From positions 16,678,001 through 16,742,000 of the forward strand of contig JBHGNT010000001.1 of assembly GCA_043228905.1 (NCBI GenBank): DNA of 64,000 bases. Direction: 5' to 3'. Under the pieces are notes generated by a model. That model had not been told where the DNA came from. It saw only the letters and a list, made by a program, of their open reading frames with translations, and ran no database searches. The stretch is from Azolla caroliniana. Lineage: Eukaryota; Plantae; Polypodiophyta. The number at the start of each line of letters is the position of its first letter. Position 1 is the first letter of the stretch. Below are positions 62,979 through 64,000 of this stretch, in pieces. Position numbers and translations under genes: made by a program.

Positions 62979-63923
62979 TGGCTATGCATTATAAATGGAT
63001 GGTGGACATTGTAATGATTCTAATGGGGCGATGGTAGATGAGGTATCTTGTGCTTGCAAGAGAAGGGTCTAGGGTTTAGGGTTGAAGGGCGAGCATTGAG
63101 AACTAAAGAAACATCATCAATATGCAAATTTCTTCTTGAAGATGTTATTTGCATATATGGATGCGTCGGCAAGATAGTGGTTGATAGAGGCGAACTAGAT
63201 GCCAATGAAGCTAGAGAATTCTTCTCTAGGATGGGAATCAAACTATATCTTACCATTGCGTATAATCCGGAAGCAAATGGGAAGGTGGAACGTGGACATG
63301 GACCGATTGTGAAGGCTCTAGTGAAAGTTTGCCATGGGAAAATAGGAGAATGGCCACGTCTATTGCCATTTGCATTATGGGCTGACAGAACTACTCAAAG
63401 CACGGTGACGGGATACATGCTGACAGAGCTCATATTCGGACAAAAGCCGATAATGCCTATAGAACAAAGTATTATTTCATGGTTTACATTGCCATGGCAA
63501 GATGAGATAAGTAGAGAAGATCTTCTAGCATTGAGGATTCGACAGTTGGAGTAGAATTTGGAAGATATAGAGGTGGCTAAAGCGTGGCTAAACAATGCAA
63601 GGCTAAAGAACAAGAAAGACTTCGATAAACGACATCGACTTCGCCCGAGGAAAATCGTTGAAGGAGATTGGGTGCTAGTTTATGGCAGTAGCCTAGACAA
63701 CCAACATAGTACGGCTCGAAAATTTTCACTACGATGGTTTGGACCATATGTGGTGAAGAAAGTGGAAGAAAATGCAACATATCATTTAGTAGAATTGGAT
63801 GGTACACCACTTGCCTTGCCAATTGCCAGTAAAAGAGTCAAGATCTTCAATAGAAGAGATAGAATAGAAATTGGATTCGAAGCTTTTGACGATTTTGTCT
63901 TGGGCATCGATGAAAACATATAG
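62979..63923 (+). pseudogene. W3 integrase core and C-terminus
   Basis: HPTYP|LAMHYKWMVD rejoins in frame across the W4 TSD; YNPEANGKVERGH. Confidence 0.9.
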
Positions 63924-64000
63924 TAAACAAAAGTGGAGCCTCACCAAAATTGGCACATACCAGTGGATGTGCAGGTTTGGTGGGGGCGAATGTCATGTGA

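Larger units (their letters stand above)
47742..64000 (+). mobile_element. W3: Trp-primed gypsy containing E and W4; 3' LTR appears to start at 63991
   Basis: 5' LTR 47742-49209, PBS 49218-49235, gag-PR, RT, RNase H, integrase, PPT-like GGTGGGGGCGAA then TGTCATG at the window end. Confidence 0.87.

Overview
Eukaryotic plant heterochromatin made entirely of nested LTR retrotransposons; no host gene was found. A non-seed land plant such as a moss is inferred from the Tcn1-like chromoviruses. One decayed minus-strand Ty1/copia element (C2; pieces at 2827-5075, 35814-36066, 46928-47741) hosts all other insertions. These are: four more copia elements (C1, F, J, K); three Tf1/Tcn1-type self-priming chromovirus-like elements (A, D, E); one tandem three-LTR non-chromovirus gypsy with an extra 3' ORF (B); and four tRNA-Trp-primed gypsy elements (W1-W4). 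Most boundaries are supported by LTR termini, PBS/PPT and target-site duplications read from the sequence. Most notable observations: element B has a tRNA-Arg-like 3' end (an inverted second PBS) where the polypurine tract should be; five gypsy LTR families carry antisense tRNA-like A/B-box modules; element D preserves a junction matching a self-primed strong-stop DNA; the Trp-primed family shows 4-bp CpG-centred TSDs and a conserved -1 frameshift signal between protease and RT. Lineage names and tRNA identities are from recall and need database confirmation.
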